Source: Actinomycetota bacterium (GTDB lineage: Bacteria > Actinomycetota > Actinomycetes > JAKEEW01). Taken from it: a stretch of DNA of 39,457 nt. Where the stretch lies: the NCBI GenBank assembly GCA_046725875.1, contig JBKOZJ010000177.1, positions 1 to 39,457 on the forward strand, given 5' to 3'. Below are positions 9,832 to 20,451 of this stretch, in pieces. Position 1 is the first letter of the stretch. Every line of letters begins with the position of its first letter. Under the pieces are notes generated by a model that was not told the DNA's origin, ran no database searches, and was given only the letters and a program-made list of their open reading frames with translations. The position numbers and the translations under genes were made by a program.

Positions 9832-9866
9832 CCGATCTCGGCGGATTCTCCTGCCAGGCTCCGTGG

Positions 9867-11135
9867 TCAACCGGTCCGGGACCGGTCTTCTTGAGGTGGG
9901 TCGGGGAGGAGCGGCACGGCAAGCCCGTGGTCGTGTCCCAGCAGAACCGCTCGGGTGATCGCTGCCGTACCGAACTTGTCGCGGACCCGGTCGAGGACGG
10001 AGTCGAGCGCGCTGAGCTGCCGGCTGCCGAATGGGAGTGGCAACTGCACGGCCCGGTCGTCGTCGAGGTTGCTCAGGGTTATACCGACCAGCGTGAGGCC
10101 CTCCTGGTGAATCACCGGCCAGGCGCCGACGAGGAGTTCGCGGGCGGCAGCGAGGATCATGTCGGTGTCCCCGGTGGGCTGCGGCAACGTGTGTGAGCGG
10201 GTCGCCCGGGAGAAGTCGTCGAAGCGCAGCCGAAGGACTACGGTGTGGCAGACCCGCCGGCCGGCTCGCAGCCGCCGTGTTACCCGATCGACGAGTGCGA
10301 CGACCGTGGCCTCGATCTCTTCGGGCGGCCGACGGCGCCGGCCGAGCGCCCGCTGCGAGCCCACCGAACGTCGTCGGCGGCCGACCTCCACCGGACGCGG
10401 GTCGTGGTTGTTGGCGAGGGCATGCAAGTGCCGGCCGGCCGCCCGGCCGAGCATGGCGACGAGCGATGCCTCCGGCGTCCCGGCAATCTCAGCAACGGTC
10501 TTGATGCCCCGGTCATGCAACTTTGTGGCCGTCACCCGGCCGACGCCCCACAGCATCTCGACCGGCAGCGGGTGCAGAAACTCCAGCTCACGGTCGGGCA
10601 GCACGACAAGTAGACCGTCCGGCTTGGCTACCCGGCTGGCGACCTTGGCGAGGAACTTGGTACGGGCAACGCCGACCGTGATAGGAAGCCCGACCTGGTT
10701 CAGGATGTCGCGGCGCAGGTTTCTGGCGATCTCGACTGGCCGGCCGGAAACTTGGCGCAGCCCACCGACATCGAGGAACGCCTCGTCGATCGAGATCCCT
10801 TCCACGAGCGGGGTGGTGGCCTCGAAGACGGCGAAAGCGGCCTTGCTGGCGTCGGAGTAGGCCGACATGCGCGGCTCGACGACCACCGCGTGCGGGCAGA
10901 GCCGGCGAGCTTGCGCGCCCCCCATGGCTGTCCGTACACCATAGGCCTTCGCCTCGTAACTGGCGGCAAGCACCACGCCGCCTCCGACGATGACCGGCCG
11001 GCCACGCAGCGCCGGGTTGTCCCGCTGCTCCACTGATGCGTAGAAGGAGTCGAGGTCGGCGTGGAGGATCGTGGGATCAGGTGCCGACGCGGACCACCCT
11101 CCGCTTGAGCCGCCAACTTCGCCGGACACGAACAT
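9867..11135 (-). CDS. dinB: DNA polymerase IV (Y-family)
   Basis: ILHADLDSFYASVE, AASYEAKAYGV, SIDEAFLD, KFLAKVAS..AKPDG, QLPLPF clamp-binding-like motif; start ATG 11135 or GTG 11129. Confidence 0.95.
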   Translation of the reverse strand: MFVSGEVGGSSGGWSASAPDPTILHADLDSFYASVEQRDNPALRGRPVIVGGGVVLAASYEAKAYGVRTAMGGAQARRLCPHAVVVEPRMSAYSDASKAAFAVFEATTPLVEGISIDEAFLDVGGLRQVSGRPVEIARNLRRDILNQVGLPITVGVARTKFLAKVASRVAKPDGLLVVLPDRELEFLHPLPVEMLWGVGRVTATKLHDRGIKTVAEIAGTPEASLVAMLGRAAGRHLHALANNHDPRPVEVGRRRRSVGSQRALGRRRRPPEEIEATVVALVDRVTRRLRAGRRVCHTVVLRLRFDDFSRATRSHTLPQPTGDTDMILAAARELLVGAWPVIHQEGLTLVGITLSNLDDDRAVQLPLPFGSRQLSALDSVLDRVRDKFGTAAITRAVLLGHDHGLAVPLLPDPPQEDRSRTG

Positions 11136-11142
11136 ATGTTCG
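11129..11142. promoter_or_regulatory. LexA (SOS) box
   Basis: Perfect palindrome CGAACATATGTTCG matches the Gram-positive/actinobacterial CGAAC-N4-GTTCG box and overlaps the dinB start. Confidence 0.9.
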
Positions 11143-11232
11143 CATCGACAGCCGACAAGAGCTACCAATGCCGCATCGCCGCCGCCACCGGGAGCGACCG
11201 GGGTACCGGGGATCCAGCGGCGCGGTGGTAGG

Positions 11233-12357
11233 TCAGCGGTGGGATCCGATGGTCGGGAGGACGACCTCGAACCGGCAACCGGTGGCCGTGTTCTCGACCA
11301 TAATGCGGCCGGAGTGCGCCTCCACGATGCCGCGGGCGATGGCCAGACCCAGCCCGGCGCCCTCACCCGGGTGCGGAGTACGGGCGTTGCTCCCGCGCCA
11401 GGCCACGTCGAACACCCGGTCGAGGTCACCGCTCGGGATGCCCCCGCACCCGTCGGTGACGGCCAGCACGGCGCCGTCCTCGCGGGCCGAGGCCCGAACC
11501 AGCACGGTGCCGTCCGATGGGGTGTGTCTGATCGCGTTCACGACAAGGTTGCTGAGCACCCGGGAGATCTGGGTGGGGTCCGCCGGTACGATCAACGGCC
11601 CGATCGCCTCTCCGGTCAGGTGCACACCACGCGACTGCGCTAGTGCGTCCGCGCCCCCGACCGTGTCGCTGACGAGCTCGGTCAGCGAGACCTGGGCGAG
11701 TGACAGCCGCAGCGCGCCGGCGTGAATGCGGGCCAGCTCGAACAGATCGTCGACCATTTCAGAGAGCCGATCCACCTCGACCCTGATCTGCTTGTGATAG
11801 CGCCCGGGGTCGTCGGTGATCCCATCCTCGAGCGACTCAGCCATCGCACGCAGTCCGGCGAGCGGCGTGCGCAGGTCGTGGGAGACCCAGGCGACGAGCT
11901 CCCGGCGGGACGCCTCGAGCGCCCGCTCGCGTTCGCGGGACTCGGCCAGCCGGGCGCTTGTTGCCGCCAGCTCGCCGCTCAGCTCGGCCAGCTCCGCCGT
12001 CACTGGGTTCGGCGGCGGGTCGAAACGCTCGCCCACGCCGAAGGCTCGGGTCGCTGCGCGCAAAGCGCGGCTGCCGGCCACTACCCGCCGGCCGAGTACG
12101 AGCGCCACGGCCAGCGAGATCACGCCGGCAACCAAGCAGATCAGCAGTACGACCTGGAAGTCGTGGCTGGACAGGAACATCGCTGCAGCGGTCGCCACCA
12201 CCCCGGCGACCATGGCAAGGACGGTAATGAGCGCGACCGCGGCCAGCGACATCCACGCCGAGCGGCGGCGTAGCAGCCACAGCGCAAGCAGGCCGACGAT
12301 GCCGACGCCGCCCGCAGCGCCAGCCGTGATCAGGACGACCTGAACGTTGTCACTCAT
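11233..12357 (-). CDS. Membrane sensor histidine kinase (three N-terminal TM segments, HisKA, HATPase_c)
   Basis: SHDLRTPL H-box, NLVVNAIRHT N-box, DGCGGIP, GAGLGLAI. Confidence 0.93.
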   Translation of the reverse strand: MSDNVQVVLITAGAAGGVGIVGLLALWLLRRRSAWMSLAAVALITVLAMVAGVVATAAAMFLSSHDFQVVLLICLVAGVISLAVALVLGRRVVAGSRALRAATRAFGVGERFDPPPNPVTAELAELSGELAATSARLAESRERERALEASRRELVAWVSHDLRTPLAGLRAMAESLEDGITDDPGRYHKQIRVEVDRLSEMVDDLFELARIHAGALRLSLAQVSLTELVSDTVGGADALAQSRGVHLTGEAIGPLIVPADPTQISRVLSNLVVNAIRHTPSDGTVLVRASAREDGAVLAVTDGCGGIPSGDLDRVFDVAWRGSNARTPHPGEGAGLGLAIARGIVEAHSGRIMVENTATGCRFEVVLPTIGSHR

Positions 12358-12430
12358 CCTGACCTACTGATCTGGCCGCCGAGTTTGGCATCGCTGGTGG
12401 CCAGGACCTGGGCAACTACTGCTGGCATCC

Positions 12431-13189
12431 CTACTCGCCCGATCTCGTTGCGGTGCCATCAGCAGTGGCCGGCCTTTGGTCGGCCAGAGGCTCGTCCGGC
12501 GGCGGGTCGAAGCGGTAGCCGATTCCCCAAACGGTGGCGAGCAGTGTCGGGTTGGCCGGGTCCGGCTCGATCTTCTCGCGGAGCCGGCGTACGTGCACGG
12601 TGACCGTCGACTGGTCGCCGAACGACCAGCCCCACACCTTCTCCAGCAGCTCGGCCCTGGTGAACGCTTGACCGGGGTTGGCGAGAAAGAACGCGAGAAG
12701 GTCGAACTCGCGACCAGTGAGCTGCAGCGGCTCGCCAGCCCGCTCGGCGCGGTGGGCGACAACGTCGACCTCGATGTCTCCGGCCCGCCGAAGCCTCGGC
12801 CCGGTCGCTGCCGGATCGGCCATACCGCGGGTACGTCGCAGGACGGCTTCTACCCGGAGTACGAGTTCACGGGGGCTGAACGGCTTGGTCACGTAGTCGT
12901 CCGCGCCGACCTCCAGACCCACCACTCGGTCGCTCTCGGCGCCGAGGGCGGTGAGCATGATGATGGCAACCGGGCCCAGCTCCCGCAAGCGGCGGCAGAC
13001 CTCGAGGCCGTCCAGACCCGGGAGCATGAGATCGAGTACGGCGAGGTCTGGCACCCGCGCCCGAGCCATCGCGAGCGCGGTCGGACCGTCCGCTGCATGG
13101 CCGATCTCCATGCCGGCGCGGCGGAGGTAGCCGACCACCACCTCGGCCACCGTCGGGTCGTCGTCGACGACCAGCACGTTGGCGGTCAT
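12431..13189 (-). CDS. OmpR/PhoB-family response regulator
   Basis: VLVVDDD, LDLMLPG, GADDYVTKPF, winged helix LTGREFDLL...TVTVHVRRLREKIE...TVWGIGY; TAAGCT -10 eight nt upstream of ATG 13189. Confidence 0.93.
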   Translation of the reverse strand: MTANVLVVDDDPTVAEVVVGYLRRAGMEIGHAADGPTALAMARARVPDLAVLDLMLPGLDGLEVCRRLRELGPVAIIMLTALGAESDRVVGLEVGADDYVTKPFSPRELVLRVEAVLRRTRGMADPAATGPRLRRAGDIEVDVVAHRAERAGEPLQLTGREFDLLAFFLANPGQAFTRAELLEKVWGWSFGDQSTVTVHVRRLREKIEPDPANPTLLATVWGIGYRFDPPPDEPLADQRPATADGTATRSGE

Positions 13190-13546
13190 ACCTGAGGAGC
13201 TTAGGTAGCCAAGCGCGCCTTCCTGCCCGGTCTGCTCGGCTTTCCCCGATCCGTAAGCAGTGATGAGCCGTGCCTGCCCGCTTTCCATGGGCCAGGAGCC
13301 CGACCGTCCGACGCTGCGGATGGACCGCGTCGTGTCGTTGGACGGGAAGGACTGGGAACTGTCCTACCGTCGTGGTCTCATTGCTCCTGCCGGCCGCTCC
13401 CGAAGCAGCACGTTGGGGCGGGCGGGCCGATGCTCGGCAGGGCGGGCATCGGGCAATCCGGGATTGTCTCCGGTGCCTTGGCGGGACGACCCGGTGGGTC
13501 GTCGCCCGGGTTCGCGACGAAGATCCGTGCGAGGGGGTGGGTAACC

Positions 13547-16500
13547 ATGGCGGCTGGCTATCGGCTGGTGCGACGCCCGGTTCTACCCGTGAGCGCGCCA
13601 TTGCTGGACCCGCACCAGCGGGCGGTCGTCGACCACCGTGGCGGTCCGTTGCTCGTACTTGCCGGCCCGGGAACGGGCAAGACCACGACGCTGGTCGAGG
13701 CGGTGGCCGATCGTATCGTCAGGGACGGCGTGGCGCCGGGCTCGATCCTCGTGCTGACCTTCAGCCGCAAGGCGGCCGCGGAGCTGCGGGAGCGGATCAC
13801 CACACGGCTCGGCGCGACTACGATCGGCCCGGCGGCGTCGACGTTTCACTCGTTCTGCTACGGGCTGGTCCGCCAGTACCAGTCCGCCGACGCCTTCTTG
13901 CATCCCCTGCGGCTGCTGTCCGGACCCGAGCAGGAGGTGATCGTCCGCGACCTGCTGACCGGCAGCATGGAGTCTGGCCGCGTCGACTGGCCCGGGAGCT
14001 TGCGCGCCAGCCTTGGTACCCGGGGGCTGGCGGCCGAGGTACGCGACGTGATCGCTCGCAGCCGAGGCCTGGCGCTGGATCCGGCGGATTTGCCGCGGCT
14101 GGGGAAACAACGCCCGGTCGGCGATGCCGGCGAGACCTCCGAAACAGCCGAAACGAGCGGCGCTGAGACATGGCGCGCGCTCGCCACGTTCGTCGAGGAG
14201 TATCTGGATGTCCTCGACAGCCAGGGTGCGATCGATTATGCCGAGTTGGTCCACCGCGCGGTCCTGCTCGCCGAGTCCGCGCCGGTCAAGGCCGATCTGC
14301 GGGAATGCTTCCCGGTCGTTTTCGTCGACGAGTATCAGGACACCGATCCCGCCCAGGTACGGTTGCTCAAGGCGATCGCGGGCGACGGCCATGACCTCGT
14401 GGTCTTCGGAGATCCCGACCAGTCGATCTACGCGTTCCGCGGTGCCGATTTGCGTGGCATCCTCGACTTCCCGCAGTCGTTTCTGACTCGCGCCGGGCGG
14501 CCCGCGCCCGTGCGGGCCCTGCGGGTGTCCCGCCGGCTCGGCCCCCGAGTCCTCGCCGCGTCGCGCCGCGTGGCGACCCGACTGCCACTCCCCGGTCTTC
14601 CCGCCGATTCCGTACGCGACCATCGCGGCCTTCGGCCCGGCCACGGGCCGAGAACCGAGCCCCGGGCAAGCTTCGCCGACGCCGTCGAGGTCTATACGTT
14701 TCCCTCGCTTGGCGCCGAGCTCGAGGCCGTCGCCGACCTGCTCCGCCGGGCGCACCTCGAAGACGCCATCTCCTGGTCGGAGATGGCCGTGCTCGTCCGG
14801 TCCGGGCGCCGCTCGATCGCTGTCACCAGACGGGTGCTTGGCGCCGCCGGCGTGCCCCTTGAGGTCGCCGGCGACGAGCTGCCGCTGCCTTCCGAGCCCG
14901 CGGTGGCGCCGTTGCTGCTCGCGCTGCGCTGCATCGCCGACCCCAGGGCCCTCACCGCAGAAGCGGCGGCGGGGCTTCTGCTCTCGCCGCTCGGGGGAGC
15001 CGACGCGGCCAACCTGCGCCGGCTCGGCCGGGCGCTGCGGGCGCAGGAGAGAGCAGCGGTCGCGGCGGAGGGCGGCTCGCTGTCCGAGGTCCGATCCTCT
15101 GCCGAGCTGATCAGGGAAGCCGTCACCGCCCCTGAGAATCTAGTGGCACTCGATGATGCGGTCGCCCGGCCGGCCGTCCAGCTCGGCGGATTGCTCCGCA
15201 ACGCCCGCGAGACCCTGACCGCGACCGGCTCCACCGAGCAGGCGCTGTGGACGCTGTGGTCCAGCACCTCCTGGCCGCGCCGCCTGCTGCGTCAGGTGGA
15301 GCGTGGCGGCGCAGCCGGCCGGCGCGCAGACCGCGACCTCGATGCGCTCTGCGCGCTCTTCCACGCGGCGGCCCGGGCCGAAGAGCGTGGGGGCCACCGC
15401 AGCTCCCTCAGCTTCCTCGCGGAGGTTGAGGCGCAGCAGATCCCGGCGGAGACACTTGCCGAAACCGGTGTGCGCGGCGAGGGAGTACGCCTTCTCACGG
15501 CCCACCGTGCCAAGGGTCTTGAGTGGCGGCTCGTGGTCGTGACCGGCGTACAGGAGGAGGTCTGGCCCGACCTGCGCCGGCGGGGCTCCTTGCTACAGGC
15601 CGACCGGATCGGTCCCGATGGGCTGCAGCCACCGCCGAGCCTGCCGATGCTGCTCGCCGAGGAGCGGCGGCTGTTCTATGTGGCGGTCACCCGCGCCAAG
15701 CAGCGCCTGGTCGTGACCGCGGTCCGGTCCCCGCAGGACGACGGCGAGCAGCCGTCTCGCTTCCTCGACGAGCTAGGCGTTGAGCCAGTCCGGGTCGACA
15801 TGCGGCCGGCGCGGCCAATGACCCTTGCCGGGCTGGTCGCCGACCTGCGCGCCGCCGCTGTCGACCCGTCGGTCTCGGTGGGGGTACGGATGGCGGCCGC
15901 ACGGCGGCTCGCAGCATTGGCATCGGCCACCGACGACGAGGGCGCGGCGCTGGTCCCGGCCGCCCACCCGGACCGGTGGTGGGGGCTTGCGGCGCTGACC
16001 GAGTCCGCCACCCCGGTGCGGGATGCCGATGAGCCGGTGCGGCTGTCGCCAAGTGCGGTCGATGGGCTGCGCGACTGCCCACGGCGCTGGTTCCTCCAGC
16101 GAGAGGTCCGCGCGGACACCGCCCGCTCCACCGCACTCGGATTCGGTAGCGTCGTCCACGCGCTGGCCAAGGAGGTCGCCGACGGGGTCACGCAAGCCGA
16201 CGCGAACGTCTTGCTCGAGCGGCTTGACCGGGTCTGGGGCCAGCTTGCGTTCGAGGCGCGTTGGCAGTCCGTGCAGCAGCGCGAGGAGGCGCGCCGCGCG
16301 GTCCTGCGCTTCCTCAATTGGCATTCCGCGGGCCGCGGCCGCACACCGGCCGCGACCGAGCATCCCTTCGACGTCACCGTGCACGCCGGCGGGGCGGCCG
16401 GTCGGACAGACGGGAGGCCCGCCGTCGGCGGCGGCGTCGAGGTCCGCCTGACCGGCCGAATGGACCGCGTCGAGGTCGACGATGACGGGAACGCATGGGT

Positions 16501-16981
16501 CGTGGATTTCAAGACCGGCAAGAACCCGGCGTCGCAGCAGGATGTCGAGCGCAACCTGCAGCTCGGCGTTTACCAACTGGTCTCGGCGGCCGGCGGCCTC
16601 GCCTCCCTCGGCACTATGCAGGCCGCTGACCCCGGGGGACCGGGAGCCGACGCATCAGTGATGGTCAGCGGCCCATTCGGGCCGACCGAAGATGTGCTCA
16701 CCCAGCTTGGCCGGCCCGGCGAGGGGCGCGGCGTCGGCGGTGCGGAGCTCGTACACCTGCGAGTGGACAACCCGCGCAACCCTGGCGGCCCGAAGGTCCA
16801 GCGGCAGGGTCCGGTCGAGCCGACCGGCGAGGGGCCGACCTGGGTCGAGGAGGCGCTGCTGCATGCGGAGCGACTGGTGCGGGCCGAGCGGTTTCCGGCT
16901 CGGCTCGGCAAGAACTGCGGCTGGTGTGAGTTCCGTGGGTCATGCCCGGCCCAGCCGGAGGGCCGGCAGGTGGTGGAGTAG
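13547..16981 (+). CDS. adnA: AdnA helicase-nuclease subunit (UvrD-like motor plus RecB-like nuclease with Fe-S cysteines)
   Basis: AGPGTGKT, VDEYQD, TAHRAKGLEW, EERRLFYVAVTRA; nuclease GRMDRVE..VVDFKTG; DCPRRW...CGWCEFRGSCP; tandem with adnB upstream of nudC. Confidence 0.9.
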   Translation: MAAGYRLVRRPVLPVSAPLLDPHQRAVVDHRGGPLLVLAGPGTGKTTTLVEAVADRIVRDGVAPGSILVLTFSRKAAAELRERITTRLGATTIGPAASTFHSFCYGLVRQYQSADAFLHPLRLLSGPEQEVIVRDLLTGSMESGRVDWPGSLRASLGTRGLAAEVRDVIARSRGLALDPADLPRLGKQRPVGDAGETSETAETSGAETWRALATFVEEYLDVLDSQGAIDYAELVHRAVLLAESAPVKADLRECFPVVFVDEYQDTDPAQVRLLKAIAGDGHDLVVFGDPDQSIYAFRGADLRGILDFPQSFLTRAGRPAPVRALRVSRRLGPRVLAASRRVATRLPLPGLPADSVRDHRGLRPGHGPRTEPRASFADAVEVYTFPSLGAELEAVADLLRRAHLEDAISWSEMAVLVRSGRRSIAVTRRVLGAAGVPLEVAGDELPLPSEPAVAPLLLALRCIADPRALTAEAAAGLLLSPLGGADAANLRRLGRALRAQERAAVAAEGGSLSEVRSSAELIREAVTAPENLVALDDAVARPAVQLGGLLRNARETLTATGSTEQALWTLWSSTSWPRRLLRQVERGGAAGRRADRDLDALCALFHAAARAEERGGHRSSLSFLAEVEAQQIPAETLAETGVRGEGVRLLTAHRAKGLEWRLVVVTGVQEEVWPDLRRRGSLLQADRIGPDGLQPPPSLPMLLAEERRLFYVAVTRAKQRLVVTAVRSPQDDGEQPSRFLDELGVEPVRVDMRPARPMTLAGLVADLRAAAVDPSVSVGVRMAAARRLAALASATDDEGAALVPAAHPDRWWGLAALTESATPVRDADEPVRLSPSAVDGLRDCPRRWFLQREVRADTARSTALGFGSVVHALAKEVADGVTQADANVLLERLDRVWGQLAFEARWQSVQQREEARRAVLRFLNWHSAGRGRTPAATEHPFDVTVHAGGAAGRTDGRPAVGGGVEVRLTGRMDRVEVDDDGNAWVVDFKTGKNPASQQDVERNLQLGVYQLVSAAGGLASLGTMQAADPGGPGADASVMVSGPFGPTEDVLTQLGRPGEGRGVGGAELVHLRVDNPRNPGGPKVQRQGPVEPTGEGPTWVEEALLHAERLVRAERFPARLGKNCGWCEFRGSCPAQPEGRQVVE

Positions 16982-16983
16982 CG

Positions 16984-19900
16984 ATGGAGTCGGTAGGTCA
17001 CCGGACGGCGGACATCACGGCGCCTCTGCTCGCGGCCGGCGACCTGTCCCAACTCCTTGAGGTCCCATTCACGCCCGAGCAGTTCGCCGCCATCAGCGCG
17101 CCGGCCGAGCCGGCCGTCGTTCTGGCCGGAGCGGGCTCAGGCAAGACCACCGTGATGGCCGCGCGAGTGGTCTGGCTGGTGGCAACCGGCCAGGTTGCAC
17201 CCGACCAGGTGCTGGGTTTGACGTTCACCAAGAAGGCGGCGGGGGAGCTGGCCCACCGGATCAGGACAGTGCTTGCCCGGCTGCGGTGGCCACCGATTTC
17301 CCAGACTTTGCAGGGGCCGTACCCGTTGATGCCCGACGAGAACGCCGGGGAGCCGACGGTCTCGACCTATCACGCCTACGCGGGGCGGCTGATCAGCGAG
17401 CACGGGCTGCGCATCGGCGTAGAGCCAGACGCTCGGCTACTCGCGGACGCGACCCGTTACCAGCTCGCCACCAGGGTGATCAGACAGGCGACCGGCCCGT
17501 TCTCGGCGCTGACCGGGCGGGTGTCGGACATCGTCGACGACCTGGTCGCACTCGACGCCGAGCTGTCCGAGCACCTCGTCGGCACGGACGAGCTGCGCGA
17601 CTACGACAAAACGACCAGGTTGGAGATCGAGTCGTCGGCGAAGCTGACCAACGGCCTGGTAGCCGCGTTGAACTCGATCGCCAGGCGGCATGAGCTAGCC
17701 GCACTCGTCGATGACTACCGTCGGGCCAAGCGGGAGCGGGCGGTTGTGGACTTCTCCGACCAGATGGCGCTCGCCGCGACGCTCGCCGAGCAGCGCCCGG
17801 AGGTCGGCACCGCCGAGCGGGACAGGTTCCACATCGTTCTGCTCGACGAATATCAAGACACATCCGTGGCGCAGCGCAGGATGCTGGCGGGACTGTTCCG
17901 TGACGGTCATCCGGTAACCGCAGTCGGCGACCCCTGCCAAGCGATCTACGGCTGGCGGGGTGCTTCGGTCGCCAACCTCGAGGAGTTCCCGAGCCACTTT
18001 CCGCGGCGGCACGGCGGTCCCGCACACCGTTATGCGCTGATCGAGAACCGCCGCAGCGGTGAGCGCATCCTGACGGCCGCCAACTCGCTGTCTGGTCCGC
18101 TCCGCAAGGCTCATGAAGGAGTCGGCGAGCTTCGGGTCGCGCGCGACCGTAGGGGGCAGGGCTGGATCCGGTGTGCGTTGCACGAGACGTACGCGGAGGA
18201 GATCGCCTGGCTCGGTGCGCAGGTCAAGGCGGCGCTCGAGGCCGGCACCCCAGCCGCTCAAGTCGCGATCCTGGTCCGGGTCACCAGCGATTTCGCAGCC
18301 ATCCACACCGAGCTGACCCAGCGTGACATCCCGGTCGAAGTCGTCGGGCTCGGCGGGTTGCTCGCGCTTCCCGAGGTCGCCGACGTCGTCGCCACCCTCC
18401 GCGTGCTGGACGACCCGACAAGCAACGCCGCGCTGGTCCGGCTCCTCGCCGGCCCGCGGTGGCGGATCGGACCGCGTGACCTGGCCCTGCTCGGTCGGCG
18501 GGCCGGCCAGCTCGTGTACGTACCGGACCCCCGGCGCAGTGATCTAGTCCCGGCCTCCGGCGACGCGCCGGAGGTGCCCGATCCGGACGCCATCCTGGAG
18601 GAGGCGGTCGGCGGAATCGACCCGGCCGAGGTTGTGTCGCTCGCCGACGCCCTCGTGTCACCGGGTCGTTTTGGCTACTCGGCGGAGGCGCTTGCCCGAT
18701 TCGGAGCGCTCGCCGCCGAGATCCGCGAGCTGCGCAGGCACCTCGGCGAGCCGCTGCTTGAATTGCTTCACCAGGTGGTGACGGTGATCGGGCTCGACGT
18801 CGAGCTCGGCGCGAGTCCGCAAGCTCGCGCGGCGCGTCGGCGCGAGTCGCTCGCCGCCTTCCTCGACGTCGCCGCGCAGTTTCGCGATCTCGAGGACGAC
18901 GCGTCGCTGGGTGCCTTCCTCGCCTACCTCCAGGCCGCGGACGAGTACGAACGCGGGCTGGACGGCGCAGCGCCCAGCGGCGCTGAGTCGGTAAAGCTGC
19001 TGACTGTCCACCGGGCCAAGGGCCTGGAGTGGGACGTCGTCCTGCTACCCGACCTCACCGCGAGCGTCTTCCCGGCCGGTCGCGGCCGGACCCGCTGGAC
19101 GCGCAGCGGGAAGGTGTTGCCATTCGGGCTGCGCGGCGACTGTGCATCGCTCCCCGAGGTCGCCGAGTGGAGCACGCAAGGACTTGAGACCTTCGACCGC
19201 GTGTGTCGCGAGCTCGACGACCTGGAGGAGCTGCGGCTCGGCTATGTTGCGGTAACCCGCCCGCGGCATCTGCTCATCGCGAGCAGCCATTGGTGGGGGC
19301 CGGCGCAGAAGAAGCCGCGCGGACCGTCCCCCTATCTCGAGACGCTGGCAGCGCAGTGCCGGAACGGCGGCGGCGAGATCGTCCGGTGGGTCGAGCAGCC
19401 CGCCGAAGCGGAGAATCCCTATCTCGGAGCGGCCGCCGAGGCGGCCTGGCCGGCGGCCCTCGACCCGGTGGCACTCGACCTGCGGCGCGCCGCGGCGGAT
19501 CAGGTGCTCGACATGCTCGGCGCTGACCGCCGCGATGGCCGATATGAGCAGTTGTCATTGCTCGGGCCGGGCAGCCTCACGGCGGTGGCAGGCGGGCATC
19601 ACAGTAGCCGCGGTCCTCGGGACCCGGAGCTCACGCCGTCCGAAGCTGCGCTGGTCGCTGCCTGGGACCGCGACATCGACATGCTTCTCACCGAGGCGAG
19701 GCGGCTGCGCCGGCGGGACCGCGACGTGTCGCTGCCGACGACGCTCTCGGCCTCGCAGCTCATGCGGCTGGCCGACGACGCCGACGCCTTCGCTCGCGAG
19801 CTCGTCCGCCCGCTCCCCCGCAAGCCGGACCCAGCGGCTCGACAGGGCACTCGGTTCCACGCATGGGTGGAGTCCCGGTTCGGACAGCAGCCGCTGCTCG

Positions 19901-20304
19901 TCGACAACGACCTGCCCGGCGCCGCCGACGCGGAGATCGCGGATGAGTTGGATCTTGCAGGATTGCAGAGCAGCTTCGAGAAGTCGGCGTACGCCGACCG
20001 GGTGCCGTATGCGCTGGAAGCGCCGTTCCAGCTGATGATCGCCGGCCATGTGATTAGGGGGCGGATCGACGCGGTGTATGAGACCGCAGACGGCGGTTTC
20101 GAGGTCGTGGACTGGAAGACCAACCGGGCGCAGAGCGCCGATCCGCTCCAGCTGGCGATCTATCGGCTCGCGTGGTCGGAAATGCATGGCTTGTCGATCG
20201 ACCGGGTAAGCGCCGCATTCGTCTATGTCCGCTCAGGTCAGACGGTGCGTCCGCGGTCGCTGCCCGGCCGTGTTGAGCTGGAGGCCATCCTGGCTGGGAG
20301 CTGA
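16984..20304 (+). CDS. adnB: AdnB helicase-nuclease subunit
   Basis: AGAGSGKT, LDEYQD, VGDPCQAIYGWRGA, TVHRAKGLEW; nuclease GRIDAVY...VVDWKT...QLAIY. Confidence 0.9.
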   Translation: MESVGHRTADITAPLLAAGDLSQLLEVPFTPEQFAAISAPAEPAVVLAGAGSGKTTVMAARVVWLVATGQVAPDQVLGLTFTKKAAGELAHRIRTVLARLRWPPISQTLQGPYPLMPDENAGEPTVSTYHAYAGRLISEHGLRIGVEPDARLLADATRYQLATRVIRQATGPFSALTGRVSDIVDDLVALDAELSEHLVGTDELRDYDKTTRLEIESSAKLTNGLVAALNSIARRHELAALVDDYRRAKRERAVVDFSDQMALAATLAEQRPEVGTAERDRFHIVLLDEYQDTSVAQRRMLAGLFRDGHPVTAVGDPCQAIYGWRGASVANLEEFPSHFPRRHGGPAHRYALIENRRSGERILTAANSLSGPLRKAHEGVGELRVARDRRGQGWIRCALHETYAEEIAWLGAQVKAALEAGTPAAQVAILVRVTSDFAAIHTELTQRDIPVEVVGLGGLLALPEVADVVATLRVLDDPTSNAALVRLLAGPRWRIGPRDLALLGRRAGQLVYVPDPRRSDLVPASGDAPEVPDPDAILEEAVGGIDPAEVVSLADALVSPGRFGYSAEALARFGALAAEIRELRRHLGEPLLELLHQVVTVIGLDVELGASPQARAARRRESLAAFLDVAAQFRDLEDDASLGAFLAYLQAADEYERGLDGAAPSGAESVKLLTVHRAKGLEWDVVLLPDLTASVFPAGRGRTRWTRSGKVLPFGLRGDCASLPEVAEWSTQGLETFDRVCRELDDLEELRLGYVAVTRPRHLLIASSHWWGPAQKKPRGPSPYLETLAAQCRNGGGEIVRWVEQPAEAENPYLGAAAEAAWPAALDPVALDLRRAAADQVLDMLGADRRDGRYEQLSLLGPGSLTAVAGGHHSSRGPRDPELTPSEAALVAAWDRDIDMLLTEARRLRRRDRDVSLPTTLSASQLMRLADDADAFARELVRPLPRKPDPAARQGTRFHAWVESRFGQQPLLVDNDLPGAADAEIADELDLAGLQSSFEKSAYADRVPYALEAPFQLMIAGHVIRGRIDAVYETADGGFEVVDWKTNRAQSADPLQLAIYRLAWSEMHGLSIDRVSAAFVYVRSGQTVRPRSLPGRVELEAILAGS

Positions 20305-20451
20305 ACACGTGCGCCGCTGTGAACCACGGGCACATGCCCTACGTGGAGAAGCTAGGGCAGGTGCTTGGCAGTGCGAGGTGCCGCGCTCGACCATCCCGGG
20401 GCTCAGGGGCTCTCCTGGCCACTCGGGTTCCCCAGACGGGAAGGGACGCAG

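Noticed and set aside
13260..13544. 94-aa ORF upstream of adnA, where an MGMT/ATL-family gene often sits
   Set aside because: No PWHRV/PCHRV-type motif or other homology; more likely divergent promoter DNA
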